From: an uncultured Bacilli bacterium
Lineage (GTDB): Bacteria > Bacillota_I > Bacilli_A > RF39 > UBA660
Length of the DNA stretch: 53,610 nucleotides
NCBI GenBank assembly: GCA_947624275.1
Contig: CANQJR010000003.1
Span: 1-53,610 of the forward strand
Direction of reading: 5' to 3'
Part shown: positions 29,540 through 39,911 of the stretch, one piece after another
Layout: every line of letters begins with the position of its first letter
Position numbering within the stretch: position 1 is the first letter of the stretch
Position numbers and translations under genes: made by a program
Notes under the pieces: model-generated
Databases searched by the model: none
Told to the model about the DNA's origin: nothing
What the model saw: the letters and a program-made list of their open reading frames with translations, nothing else

Positions 29540-30457
29540 CTACTTTCGCAAAGTACTTGGTGGCTTTTGATGGTCAAATGTATCTCTCTTTATCTTTTTT
29601 ATTCTTTTATTGATCAACGTTTTGAGAACGATTAGACTGATGATGATGGCCAAAACTGCGAGAATCGTAACGACTAAGACCAATTTTTCAAAGTGAACAT
29701 TCATCTTTTCTTCACCTTTTTCTTCTTCATCAGTAGGATTTTGATCGCTGGTATCATCGGAATCTTCGTCCTTAGGTGTGTTTTCATCTGATTCCTCTTC
29801 TTCATCGATCAAAGCAGTTACTTCTTTGTCATCAATCCTAAATACGAACTTTATATTTTCTCTTTTACCATAAGTTAAATTCCAAGTTAAGGTATGATTA
29901 TCATTCGTCTTTTCAGTCGCATTTTCACTCACCACTTGGACATTGTTCGGAAAAGTAATACTATATTTAAAGATCATGTCATCAATAGTAGGTTCTTCAT
30001 TACTCATACCGACTATTTCACCACTATGTTCTTTTTCGCCATCTGAGGTACTGTTCGTTAAATCAAAAATGAAATCAGCTGTATAAGTCGTAACAGTATC
30101 CTTTTTTTCCGATTTGAACAAAACTAATTTTGCGGTATCTTGATCAATTATTGTAGACAGATCGACAGTTCCACAATCGCTACTACTGATTTGATCAACA
30201 CTATCATAAGTTTTACTCAATTGAAGACCTTGGTATTTACCATCATCATAATTTTTAACTTCATAACCCAATTCTTCATATTTTTCTTTAGAAGGGATTT
30301 CATAATCGTCTCCTAAATCAGCTCCTATTTCAAAAGCATCGATCAAATTGATCGTAATACTTTTGTCTTCTTTAATGGACATATCATATTCATATTTAAT
30401 ACAACCACTTAAGAAAAAGGTCATCAATATTAAAAAAATAATTTTAATTCTCTTCAT
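29540..30457 (-). CDS. LppM/DUF3153-like lipoprotein with C-terminal TM
   Basis: Lipobox LSGC, IKEDKS, ITFP..V...NAT...LTW, acidic linker, TM. Confidence 0.72.
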   Translation of the reverse strand: MKRIKIIFLILMTFFLSGCIKYEYDMSIKEDKSITINLIDAFEIGADLGDDYEIPSKEKYEELGYEVKNYDDGKYQGLQLSKTYDSVDQISSSDCGTVDLSTIIDQDTAKLVLFKSEKKDTVTTYTADFIFDLTNSTSDGEKEHSGEIVGMSNEEPTIDDMIFKYSITFPNNVQVVSENATEKTNDNHTLTWNLTYGKRENIKFVFRIDDKEVTALIDEEEESDENTPKDEDSDDTSDQNPTDEEEKGEEKMNVHFEKLVLVVTILAVLAIIISLIVLKTLINKRIKKIKRDTFDHQKPPSTLRK

Positions 30458-30511
30458 CTAATCACTCCACTACTATATCAATTATAACATAATTTTATCT
30501 TTATACAAAAA

Positions 30512-30538
30512 AAATAAAAGCCGTTATGGCTCTTATTT
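30512..30538 (-). terminator. Probable terminator between the two lipoprotein genes
   Basis: AAATAAAAGCC-GTTAT-GGCTCTTATTT with a T run on the minus strand. Confidence 0.6.
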
Positions 30539-31521
30539 TAAACATTATTATCGTTAGATGAAGTATCTTCAACCTGAGGTGGTTGCGTTTCTGAAACAGG
30601 TACACTAGGTTCTGTCTTCACTTCTTCTTGAGAAGTTCCCATTGGTGTAGGTTGTTCAGTTGGTACTGGTTTAACCTCTTCTTGATCAGTCACAGGTGGT
30701 ACAACTTGTCCACTAGGTTCATTTTTTACTTCAACGCTACCTGGTCCTGGAACTTCATTATTATTAGGTTTTTTCTTTTTAGATACTTTGAGAACGACTA
30801 AGATAACTACTAATAAAATTAATAGAACGCCACCAATTACACAACCGTATAGAGCAGTAGTATTAGTCTTTGTAAATTCATACTTGATTTCATTAACTTT
30901 ACCATATTCTAATTTCCAAGACAATTCTTTTCCATCATTGCTGACCGTCGTGGCATTATGTTCATCAGCTTTAACTGGCAATGTGATGTGATAATTCAAT
31001 TCCATGCTGGTCATCATTGCCTCAGTCATTCCTTCAGTGTCAATCATATCATTACTAGTAGTTGAATCATCAGCCGTCGTAGATTCATCAGTTTCATCTG
31101 AAGAATCACTAGTTGTATCAATGGTGAAGTTAGCTACATATGTCGTTTTAAATAAAGAACTCTTCTTTTGGAAGAAATATTTTATATCTTCCTTTTCTGA
31201 ATCCATTATATCTGATAACTCGACCTTGACACTATCTTTAGTACTGATTTTATCGATATTGTCATATTTCTTAGTATAGGTAAAACCAGTCCATTTGTCG
31301 TCTTTGTACTCTTTGACAGTATATCCTTTCTTTTCCAAAGCACTCTTCTCGCTATCGTCACTATCTGATGCATAGTCAGCTAAGCTGTTGGAAATAGCAC
31401 TGGTAAGTGAAATAGAGACACTATTATCCTTTCCAACTTCCATACCAATGTCATATTTGACACAACCGCTCATCAAAACTACGACAGCGATGAGCGACAA
31501 TAATTTCATCGTTTTTTTCAT
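30538..31521 (-). CDS. LppM/DUF3153-like lipoprotein with C-terminal TM and Pro/Glu-rich tail
   Basis: Lipobox MSGC, ITLP...HNAT.V..DGKELSW, TM, P/E/T-rich tail; paralog of 29540-30457. Confidence 0.72.
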   Translation of the reverse strand: MKKTMKLLSLIAVVVLMSGCVKYDIGMEVGKDNSVSISLTSAISNSLADYASDSDDSEKSALEKKGYTVKEYKDDKWTGFTYTKKYDNIDKISTKDSVKVELSDIMDSEKEDIKYFFQKKSSLFKTTYVANFTIDTTSDSSDETDESTTADDSTTSNDMIDTEGMTEAMMTSMELNYHITLPVKADEHNATTVSNDGKELSWKLEYGKVNEIKYEFTKTNTTALYGCVIGGVLLILLVVILVVLKVSKKKKPNNNEVPGPGSVEVKNEPSGQVVPPVTDQEEVKPVPTEQPTPMGTSQEEVKTEPSVPVSETQPPQVEDTSSNDNNV

Positions 31522-31600
31522 TTTCTCACTCCTATTTTAAATATTATTATTTTTTAAATTATAACACATAAAATTGCTGAAAAAACATTAAATTTGGAAA

Positions 31601-31825
31601 TTACTGTCTAATTATGTTTAATAAGTTATTGGCCAATTCCATTTTATTACTGACATTTTCTAATTTGTCGGCAATTGTCAATTTTAAATCTTTTTTCATA
31701 ATATTTTCTAATTCTTTTAAAGATATTTCATTTCGCAATATCTTTTTATAAAGATATGAATTATATTTCAAATACTGATATAATTCCCCATTTTCCCTAA
31801 TCGCATAGATCAAATCGCGTGGCAT
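31601..31825 (-). CDS. ylbE: YlbE-like protein
   Basis: LYQYLKYNSYLYKKILRN...DKLENVSNKMELA; stop/start overlap with ylbD. Confidence 0.72.
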   Translation of the reverse strand: MPRDLIYAIRENGELYQYLKYNSYLYKKILRNEISLKELENIMKKDLKLTIADKLENVSNKMELANNLLNIIRQ

Positions 31826-32175
31826 TAATCATCCATGTGATGATATTGATAACGCGGTTGATAATTATTGTTACTATTCGTCGTATTTTTATTGCCGAAG
31901 TTTTGAATCAAAGAAATAGTATTCTGAATGCTATCAATACCACTCTGTAATTTTTCAAGATCGATAGTTTTAATGGTATTTATGATATCACTAAAAGAAT
32001 TGCTCAAACGATTAGTGGGATTATCAACATTTGCATATTCACGCCAAACATCACTATTTTCACCATATAAATCATATATCTCATACAATTTTTGCCAGGA
32101 GATATTCTTATCGCGAACATAGCGAACCAGTTCTGGTTTTTTCTTTACAAAGGCCTTAAAATCTTCTTTAGACAT
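31825..32175 (-). CDS. ylbD: YlbD-family putative spore coat protein
   Basis: FKAFVKKKPEL...SWQKLYE.Y.LYGEN..W, D...LQ.GI..IQ, acidic end. Confidence 0.8.
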   Translation of the reverse strand: MSKEDFKAFVKKKPELVRYVRDKNISWQKLYEIYDLYGENSDVWREYANVDNPTNRLSNSFSDIINTIKTIDLEKLQSGIDSIQNTISLIQNFGNKNTTNSNNNYQPRYQYHHMDD

Positions 32176-32210
32176 AAAAAAATCACCTACTCTATCATAT
32201 GCAGGTGATT
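32176..32210 (-). terminator. parEC terminator hairpin whose 3' arm contains the ylbD RBS
   Basis: Minus strand AATCACCTGC-ATATGATAGA-GTAGGTGATT-TTTTT-ATG. Confidence 0.75.
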
Positions 32211-32216
32211 ACTTTT

Positions 32217-34730
32217 TTACTCATCGATATTGATGAAATCATCGATGGTCAATAGTCGGTCATCTATTTCTTTCAATGAGACTGTCGTCGTCTTTTTAGT
32301 ATCTTCGATATTAGAAATCAATTCTTCTTTTTTGACGAGAGTCGGTTGTAAGAAAGCTGATAGCACTCTACCCTTGATCAATTGAGTACCCGTTGAATAG
32401 CGATCAAGAATAGGAATTTCTGTTTCCTTGAACATTTTGATATCGTCATTTTTGATACCGATATAGTCCTTGCTACTGGCGATGAAAACATTGACGATGC
32501 GATAAGGATTACTCTTGACTTCGCGCAAGATCAAAAGACCACGTTTAGCGCGAGAACTCTTTTCTAAGTCGGTCAATTTTATGCGTTTTCCCGTTCCCTT
32601 ATCAGTGATGACGGTTACATATTCTGAGGAATTGATATCAAAGTTGATGACATTTATGACTGAATCATCCTTTAAATTGATGGCTTTGACACCACTAGCT
32701 CGCAAACCGACAATAGGAATTTCATTTATGTCATACCATAGACCATAAGATTTATTAGTAGCTATGAACACATCGTTGTACAAAGAGATGTTAGCCGTTA
32801 ACAAGTGATCATTGCTCTTCAACTTCATACATATAATCGGTTTTAGTGTGCGACTTGTCTTAAACTCTTGAAGGCTAGTACGCTTGATCATTCCCTTTTC
32901 AGTAGCAATAGTTATATCTAATTTTTGATTGAAATCACGAATTGGAATAGCACTCATGACTTCTTCACCACTGTCGAGTTGAACGATATTGCTCAAATGT
33001 TTTCCCATGTCTTTCCAAACACAAACTGGAAGTTCATGAACTGGGACATAAAAATAATTACCAAAATTTGTAAAGATGAGAAGTGTATCGAGCGTATTCA
33101 ATTCATATAGACCTAATAGATAGTCTCCTTCTTTCAAAGTCGTATCATCTTGCGTTGCTTGATAACTGCGCAATGAAGTTCGTTTGATGTAACCATCTTT
33201 ACTGATGGTGACGATGACATCTTCTTTAGCAATCATGACCGTCGTATCAATCTTTATTTCTGTTATCTCGTTTTGAATATCTGTTTTACGTGGAACAGCA
33301 TATTCTTTTTTGATGCGACGTAGTTCATCTTTCATGACGTTCTTTAAAACGTTTTCATCATTTAAAATTTGTTCCAATCCCTTGATCAACTTGCGCAAAT
33401 TTTCCATTTCTTGTTCAAGTTCAACCACATCGGTATTGGTCAAACGATACAATTGTAAAGTGACAATGGCTTCGGCTTGAGTTTCCGTAAAAGCAAAACT
33501 CGTGACGAGATTATCTTTGGCATCACTTTTATTTTTGCTGGCACGAATCACTTTGATAACTTCGTCTAAAATAGAAATGCATTTGATCAATCCTTCGACG
33601 ATGTGATAACGAGCTTTAGCGTGTTCTAGATCGAACTCCGTACGGCGCAAGATCACTTCCTTGTGATGCGTTATATAAGCATCTAGCATTTCGATGATGC
33701 CCAATTGTTTAGGACAGCGATTGACGATGGCCACCATATTAAAATTATATGTGATTTGTAAATCGGTATTTTTTAATAAATAGTTCAATATTAAATCGCG
33801 ATTGGCATCTTTTTTACAATCGATGGCGATTCGCAAACCCTCTTTGTCCGATTCATCTCGCACTTCCACGATGCCATCGATTTTGTGTTCGATTCTGATC
33901 TCATCGATTTTGCGAACGAGAAGAGCTTTGTTGACCTCAAAAGGTATTTCGCTGATGACGAGAGTCAATTTTCCCTTTTCATCTTCCCAATTGACACGGG
34001 ACTTTACAATAATTCGTCCGCGTCCATCAGTATAAGCTTTCTTGATCTCTTCTAGTCCTTCGACGATACCACCAGTTGGGAAATCAGGTCCTTTGACTAT
34101 CTCCATTATCGTTTCAAGACGACAATTGGGAGAATCGATTCTCTTGATCGTCGCATCGATTACTTCCCCTAAATTATGAGGAGGAATATTAGTGGCATAA
34201 CCTGCAGAAATTCCCATTGTCCCATTGACTAAGAGGTTGGGAAACTTAGCTGGTAAGACTGTCGGTTCCAACTCCGTATCATCAAAATTGGGTGCCATGA
34301 CAACTGTGTTACGATCTAAATCTTTCAAAAGTTCATTACTAATCTTAGAAAGACGGGCTTCGGTATAACGCATGGCAGCTGGACTATCGCCGTCCATAGA
34401 ACCATTGTTACCATGCATATCGATATAAGTCGTGTTCTGTTTCCACCATTGACTCATACGAACCATGGCATCATAAATTGAACTGTCACCATGAGGATGA
34501 TAATTTCCCATGACAGCACCAACCGTTTTAGCACTTTTGCGGTAAGGATGATCATAGGTGTTCTTCTCGCGATACATACCATATAAAATACGTCTTTGAA
34601 CTGGTTTCAAACCATCTCTGACGTCGGGAATGGCACGATCTTGAATGATGTATTTTGAATATCTTCCAAAGCGTTCGCCCATTATTTCCTCAAGGGAATA
34701 TTCATATATCTTATCAATAATATTTTCCAT
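32217..34730 (-). CDS. parC: DNA topoisomerase IV subunit A
   Basis: LEEIMGERFGRYSKYIIQDRA.PD.RDGLKPVQRR, YHPHGDSSIYDAMVRMSQ, AAMRYTEARL (Firmicutes ParC type). Confidence 0.95.
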   Translation of the reverse strand: MENIIDKIYEYSLEEIMGERFGRYSKYIIQDRAIPDVRDGLKPVQRRILYGMYREKNTYDHPYRKSAKTVGAVMGNYHPHGDSSIYDAMVRMSQWWKQNTTYIDMHGNNGSMDGDSPAAMRYTEARLSKISNELLKDLDRNTVVMAPNFDDTELEPTVLPAKFPNLLVNGTMGISAGYATNIPPHNLGEVIDATIKRIDSPNCRLETIMEIVKGPDFPTGGIVEGLEEIKKAYTDGRGRIIVKSRVNWEDEKGKLTLVISEIPFEVNKALLVRKIDEIRIEHKIDGIVEVRDESDKEGLRIAIDCKKDANRDLILNYLLKNTDLQITYNFNMVAIVNRCPKQLGIIEMLDAYITHHKEVILRRTEFDLEHAKARYHIVEGLIKCISILDEVIKVIRASKNKSDAKDNLVTSFAFTETQAEAIVTLQLYRLTNTDVVELEQEMENLRKLIKGLEQILNDENVLKNVMKDELRRIKKEYAVPRKTDIQNEITEIKIDTTVMIAKEDVIVTISKDGYIKRTSLRSYQATQDDTTLKEGDYLLGLYELNTLDTLLIFTNFGNYFYVPVHELPVCVWKDMGKHLSNIVQLDSGEEVMSAIPIRDFNQKLDITIATEKGMIKRTSLQEFKTSRTLKPIICMKLKSNDHLLTANISLYNDVFIATNKSYGLWYDINEIPIVGLRASGVKAINLKDDSVINVINFDINSSEYVTVITDKGTGKRIKLTDLEKSSRAKRGLLILREVKSNPYRIVNVFIASSKDYIGIKNDDIKMFKETEIPILDRYSTGTQLIKGRVLSAFLQPTLVKKEELISNIEDTKKTTTVSLKEIDDRLLTIDDFINIDE

Positions 34731-34747
34731 TTTATCACCTTTTGTAA

Positions 34748-36673
34748 CTATGCACTAGCATTAGCTTTGTTCTTATTTATGTCATAATCATCTTCTAGTG
34801 AAAAGATGACATTTTCTTCAATCCACGCCTTGCGTGGCTCGACGATATCTCCCATTAGGACACTGACTCTCTTTTCGACGAGAGCTGCATCTTCAATCGT
34901 CACTCTGATCAAAGTTCTGGAACCGGGATTCATCGTCGTCTCAGCAAGTTGTTCAGCATTCATCTCACCAAGACCTTTATATCTTTGAACTTCACATTTT
35001 TTATCTTTGGTCTTCTCTTTCATCTCTTCCATGCTATAGGCATATTCGACTGTCTTACCATAACTGATCTTAAAGAGAGGTGGTAGAGCGATGTAAACTT
35101 TCCCCGCTTCGATTAGCGGTTTCATATAGCGATAGAAAAAAGTCAATAACAAACATTGGATATGAGCTCCATCATCATCAGCGTCGGTCATGATGATGAC
35201 TTTGTCATATTCGCAATCATCAAGTTCAAAATTGGGAGTAATTCCAGCCCCAATCGTATAGATCATCGTATTTATTTCTTCGTTTTTAAAGATGTCTTCG
35301 AGTTTCGCTTTTTCGGTATTGATGACTTTACCACGGAGCGGAAGAATGGCTTGAAAGCGACGATCACGTCCCTGTTTAGCACTGCCACCAGCTGAATCAC
35401 CTTCGACTAAAAACAATTCATTTTTCTTCTTGTTGCGAGTTTGAGCTGGCGTCAATTTTCCTGATAAATTACGCTCTTTTTTACTCGCTTTACCTTTTCT
35501 TGCCTCTTCACGAGCTTTGCGAGCGGCTTCACGAGCTGTCTTGCTGCGCAAAGATTTTTCAATTATATCAGTCGCAATCTTTTTGTTCTCCTCCAAGAAG
35601 AATTGTAACTTCTCACTGACAAAAGCTTCAACGGCAACGCGCGCTATAGGAGAACCCAATTTACCTTTGGTTTGACCCTCGAATTGTAAAAGTGCTTCTG
35701 GTATCTTCAAAGATATGATGGCGGTGAGCCCTTCGCGGACATCACTACCTTCAAACGTTTTATCTTTTCCTTTGATATAGCCATTGTTTTTGGCATAATC
35801 ATTAAAAACACGCGTCAAAGCGGTCTTAAAACCTACTTCGTGCGTTCCACCATCAACTGTTTTAACATTGTTGACAAAAGAAACGATATTCTCATTATAA
35901 GTATCAGTATATTGTAATGCGATCTCCATCTCAATACCATCTTTGTTACCTTCAAAATCGATGACATCGTGTAAAGTCGTCTTATCCTCATTTAAATATT
36001 GGACGAATTCTTTTACGCCTTTCTCATAACAATATTTGTTATCGCGTCCAGTTTCTTCATCGATTACTTCAATCGTCAAACCTTTGATCAAAAAAGCTGA
36101 TTCCTGCATCCTTTCACAGATGGTACTAAAAGAGAAAGATATCGTCGAAAAAATAGTCGGATCAGGTAAAAATCTAACAGTTGTTCCCGTCTTATTAGTC
36201 GTCCCAATCTTTTTTAAAGGTTCTTTGACATGACCACCATTTTCAAAAGTGATGAGATACTCTTCATGATCCTTCTTAATATCTACTTCCATCCATTTGG
36301 ATAGAGCATTGACAACGCTTGCACCAACACCGTGCAAACCACCAGAAACTTTATATCCTGCTTCTTCAAATTTTCCACCCGCATGTAAAATAGTATAGAT
36401 GACTTCTGGCGTCGATTTTCCTGAAGAATGTAACCCAGTTGGAACACCTCTTCCATGATCTTCTACACTTATACTTTTATCATTATGAATTGTCACTTTG
36501 ATATAATCACCAAAACCATTGATAGCTTCATCGATTGCATTGTCGACTATTTCCCATACTAGATGATGTAATCCTCTTTTATCAGTTGACCCAATGTACA
36601 TACCAGGTCTTTTTCGAACTGCTTCTAACCCTTCTAGAATCTTAATCGAACTCTCATCATATTTAACTGTCAT
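34748..36673 (-). CDS. parE: DNA topoisomerase IV subunit B
   Basis: LEGLEAVRKRPGMYIGSTD, GGLHGVGASVVNALS, DGGTHE, VEGDSAGGSAKQGRDR, GAHIQ, VEPRKAWIE. Confidence 0.95.
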   Translation of the reverse strand: MTVKYDESSIKILEGLEAVRKRPGMYIGSTDKRGLHHLVWEIVDNAIDEAINGFGDYIKVTIHNDKSISVEDHGRGVPTGLHSSGKSTPEVIYTILHAGGKFEEAGYKVSGGLHGVGASVVNALSKWMEVDIKKDHEEYLITFENGGHVKEPLKKIGTTNKTGTTVRFLPDPTIFSTISFSFSTICERMQESAFLIKGLTIEVIDEETGRDNKYCYEKGVKEFVQYLNEDKTTLHDVIDFEGNKDGIEMEIALQYTDTYNENIVSFVNNVKTVDGGTHEVGFKTALTRVFNDYAKNNGYIKGKDKTFEGSDVREGLTAIISLKIPEALLQFEGQTKGKLGSPIARVAVEAFVSEKLQFFLEENKKIATDIIEKSLRSKTAREAARKAREEARKGKASKKERNLSGKLTPAQTRNKKKNELFLVEGDSAGGSAKQGRDRRFQAILPLRGKVINTEKAKLEDIFKNEEINTMIYTIGAGITPNFELDDCEYDKVIIMTDADDDGAHIQCLLLTFFYRYMKPLIEAGKVYIALPPLFKISYGKTVEYAYSMEEMKEKTKDKKCEVQRYKGLGEMNAEQLAETTMNPGSRTLIRVTIEDAALVEKRVSVLMGDIVEPRKAWIEENVIFSLEDDYDINKNKANASA

Positions 36674-36749
36674 AAACTATCATCTCCTAATTTATTATAA
36701 CAAAAAAAAACTACAAAAAAAAGAAAATATCTTTTTTTAAGACATTTTC

Positions 36750-37634
36750 TTAGTGTTTAATAGCCTTTTTTAAATAGTCATCAAAAGTGATTTGATCATC
36801 ATTATCACACCTAAAACGCGGATATGTCTTCTGTCTAGCTTCTTCCCACGACGATTTGAATCCGTCGAAATCAGTATCATAATCTTCTTCTATTACTTCT
36901 TCTCTGATACTGGTACAACGCTGTATCTTGTCCAATTCATAAATTTTATAAAAGCGATAAAGTTCACGGAAGGAGCGATAACTTTGCATTTTTTGAATGA
37001 CATCTTCACGATACGTTTCAACGTCTTCCATTAATTCTGAACTGATTGGACTATCATATTTTCCAAAATTGTCGACCATCTTTTTAGTGTGATGATAAAT
37101 ACCTAAACAATTGATGAAGTTTTTATTAAAATTGAAGTGTTCTTCCCCATTAAAATATTCGCGTTTTAAACAATCGAAGAAATCAGATTTGCCATCATCG
37201 AGTAACTGCATGAATTGATCGACGTAAGAAATAGTCGTCGCATCATGAGGATTGATGTTGTTTCCATTAGCTACTTGGGCGATGTGTGCAAGCGTTGGAT
37301 CATTAAATGAGAGTTTAAAAGTGCTCATCTGTTTATTGTAGATGATTCCGATATAAGAAGTATTCATTTTGTAGTTAAATGGTGCATAATTATCACTCAA
37401 AGTCGTAATCATTTGATTGAAGTCTTCAAATCTATTGGTTATGGCATCGATAAAAGCCATCGTCTTTTTACTAACTTTCGCATCTTTCTTTGATTTATAA
37501 AAACTTTTTTCATCAGTAAAAGGCTTTATCTCCGCCAAATGAATAGAAGAATCACTGGCAAATTCAACGGCAGCTTGACCACCGCCAACTCTTTGTAAAA
37601 TCAACATATAACGATTGGGAATGTTATCATTCAT
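36750..37634 (-). CDS. Hypothetical protein
   Basis: 294 aa; RBS GGAG, TGATATAAT at 37666-37658, hairpin at about 36722-36750. Confidence 0.75.
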   Translation of the reverse strand: MNDNIPNRYMLILQRVGGGQAAVEFASDSSIHLAEIKPFTDEKSFYKSKKDAKVSKKTMAFIDAITNRFEDFNQMITTLSDNYAPFNYKMNTSYIGIIYNKQMSTFKLSFNDPTLAHIAQVANGNNINPHDATTISYVDQFMQLLDDGKSDFFDCLKREYFNGEEHFNFNKNFINCLGIYHHTKKMVDNFGKYDSPISSELMEDVETYREDVIQKMQSYRSFRELYRFYKIYELDKIQRCTSIREEVIEEDYDTDFDGFKSSWEEARQKTYPRFRCDNDDQITFDDYLKKAIKH

Positions 37635-37689
37635 ACTACCATCTCCATATTGCGCTAATTATATCACAAAACGCATAAAAAAGCAAGTT

Positions 37690-39846
37690 TTAAATATTGA
37701 TCGGATTGAAATCGATGTCAATTTTAACGTTGTGTACATTTTTATAGTAGTTTTGAATCTTCTCTAACGTTGGATAGAGGTTGTCATCTCGCTTGTATTT
37801 GATTATTATGTTGAAACGATACGCATTATTGAGTTTAAAGACACTGCAGACTGTCGGACCCAAGATTATGCTATCAGATAAATCCTTGCGAAGGAGATTA
37901 CCGATTCGCGTACTTTCATCGCGAGCACATTCATAATCTTTACTCATCACTTTAATGCTGGTCATATAAAAATATGGAGGATATGAAAGTGCGCGTCTTA
38001 TCTGCATCTCTTTATTGAAGAATCCTAAATAATTATGATTTTTTGATAATTCAATGGCGTAGTGAGTCGGATTATAAGTCTGGATGATAACTCGACCCGT
38101 TTTTTGACCTCTTCCACTACGGCCAGCTACTTGAGCTAGGAGTTGGAAAGTGTACTCACTACTTCGAAAATTGGGAATCATCAACGAAATATCGCTATTG
38201 ATCACACCAACTAGAGTGACGTTTTCAAAATCCAATCCCTTGGCAATCATTTGGGTACCGAGTAAAATGTCATAGTCGTGATTTCTAAATTTTTCAATTA
38301 TTTGCTCATGACTACCCTTGCGACTCGTCGTATCGATATCCATTCGAATAGTGCGACAATGGAATAAGTTATTTATCTCTTCTTCAACCTTTTCCGTGCC
38401 AACTCCCAATTCTTTGATGGATCTTTCGCCACATTTTGGACATATTTCAATTCTCTTATTGCCATAACCACAATAATGACAGCGCAAAGTATTGCTAGAT
38501 TTATGATAAGTTAGCGTGATGTCACAATTCGGACATTTCTCGACATAACCGCAATTAGAACACGTCACAAAAGAGGCATAGCCGCGTCTATTCAAAAAAA
38601 GAATGATCTGTTCGTTTCGCGATAGACTATCTTCAATAGCTTTTTTCAATTTGTCAGAAAAATAACTGCTTTTATTTTTTTCTTTATTCAAATCGACAAT
38701 TTCTACTAAAGGCATTTTTTGATTATTGACGCGATTGGGCAATTCCAATAATTTATATACACCTTTTTTGGCACGAGCATAGCTCTCAAGAGATGGCGTG
38801 GCACTACCCAAAACTATTTTGGCGTCATGATATTTACTGCGCTCTAAAGCGACATCGATGACATGATATTTGGGATTGTTCTCCTGTTTGTAACTAGTGG
38901 AGTGTTCTTCGTCGACGATGATGGTACCTATATTCTTAAGTGGGGCAAAGATGGCACTTCTAGCGCCAATTACGATGTCGACTTCACCACGGGCTATCTT
39001 GCGATATTCATCATATTTTTCTCCCTCTGATAAACGGCTGTGCAAGATGGCAATTCTTTGACCAAAACGTTCACGAAAGCGACCGACGATTTGGGGAGTT
39101 AAAGATATTTCAGGAACTAAAACGATACTCGTCTTGCCCATCTTCAACATCTCTTCAATTATTTCCATGTAAACTTCAGTTTTGCCAGAACCAGTTACTC
39201 CGTGTAACAAAAAGACTTTTTTTTCGTTTTCCTGCAAGATGTCATCTACTACTCTTTGTTGATCGGATGTCAAAGGATGTTTAGTCTTGGTCTCAACGTC
39301 GCTCTTTAAACGATATTGTTCTTCTAACACTTCAGCTAATACGCCATTTTTGATGAGAGTGTTGGTACTTGATGACGATATTTCCGCCAATATGTCTTTT
39401 CGCACTTTACCATGTTCTTTTACATAATTAAAAATGTTTTGTTGTTTAGATGACAATTTAGGAATCATATCAAAATCTTTAACGACGACATATCTGACCA
39501 TCTTTTTATTGATAGTGGTCTTTTTCTGAGCTTTTAAAGCTTTTGGTAACATTACTTGATAACAAGAAATGAGAGTCGATAAAGTCCTTTTACTCATCGT
39601 TTGACCGAGAGCTAATAATTCATCAGTCAAAACGATGTCATCGTCAACGACATCAATTATTTCTTTCAAATCAGCGATAGTGCTATCTTTAGTATCTAAG
39701 ACAAATCCCTCAATTACTTGGTTCCCAAAGGGCACGACTACTCTTTTACCTATAGCAATTTTTCCAATCAAAGACTGAGGTACGACATAATCAAAAGTCT
39801 TATCTATATTTTTACTAGATATCTCAACTAAAACATTTACTACCAT
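37690..39846 (-). CDS. priA: Primosomal protein N' (PriA)
   Basis: LHGVTGSGKTEVY, LVPEISLTPQ, DEEH, LGSATPSLES, four CxxC, GTQMIAKGLDF, QVAGRSGR. Confidence 0.98.
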   Translation of the reverse strand: MVVNVLVEISSKNIDKTFDYVVPQSLIGKIAIGKRVVVPFGNQVIEGFVLDTKDSTIADLKEIIDVVDDDIVLTDELLALGQTMSKRTLSTLISCYQVMLPKALKAQKKTTINKKMVRYVVVKDFDMIPKLSSKQQNIFNYVKEHGKVRKDILAEISSSSTNTLIKNGVLAEVLEEQYRLKSDVETKTKHPLTSDQQRVVDDILQENEKKVFLLHGVTGSGKTEVYMEIIEEMLKMGKTSIVLVPEISLTPQIVGRFRERFGQRIAILHSRLSEGEKYDEYRKIARGEVDIVIGARSAIFAPLKNIGTIIVDEEHSTSYKQENNPKYHVIDVALERSKYHDAKIVLGSATPSLESYARAKKGVYKLLELPNRVNNQKMPLVEIVDLNKEKNKSSYFSDKLKKAIEDSLSRNEQIILFLNRRGYASFVTCSNCGYVEKCPNCDITLTYHKSSNTLRCHYCGYGNKRIEICPKCGERSIKELGVGTEKVEEEINNLFHCRTIRMDIDTTSRKGSHEQIIEKFRNHDYDILLGTQMIAKGLDFENVTLVGVINSDISLMIPNFRSSEYTFQLLAQVAGRSGRGQKTGRVIIQTYNPTHYAIELSKNHNYLGFFNKEMQIRRALSYPPYFYMTSIKVMSKDYECARDESTRIGNLLRKDLSDSIILGPTVCSVFKLNNAYRFNIIIKYKRDDNLYPTLEKIQNYYKNVHNVKIDIDFNPINI

Positions 39847-39911
39847 GACTACCTCCAATCAATAATATAATAACAAATTAATCAAAAAAAAGACAATAAT
39901 AAAAAGAAAGA

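Noticed and set aside
32217-36673. gyrB/gyrA call, or a quinolone-resistance allele
   Set aside because: Signatures are ParE/ParC type, and the QRDR GDSSIYDAM carries wild-type-like Ser/Asp
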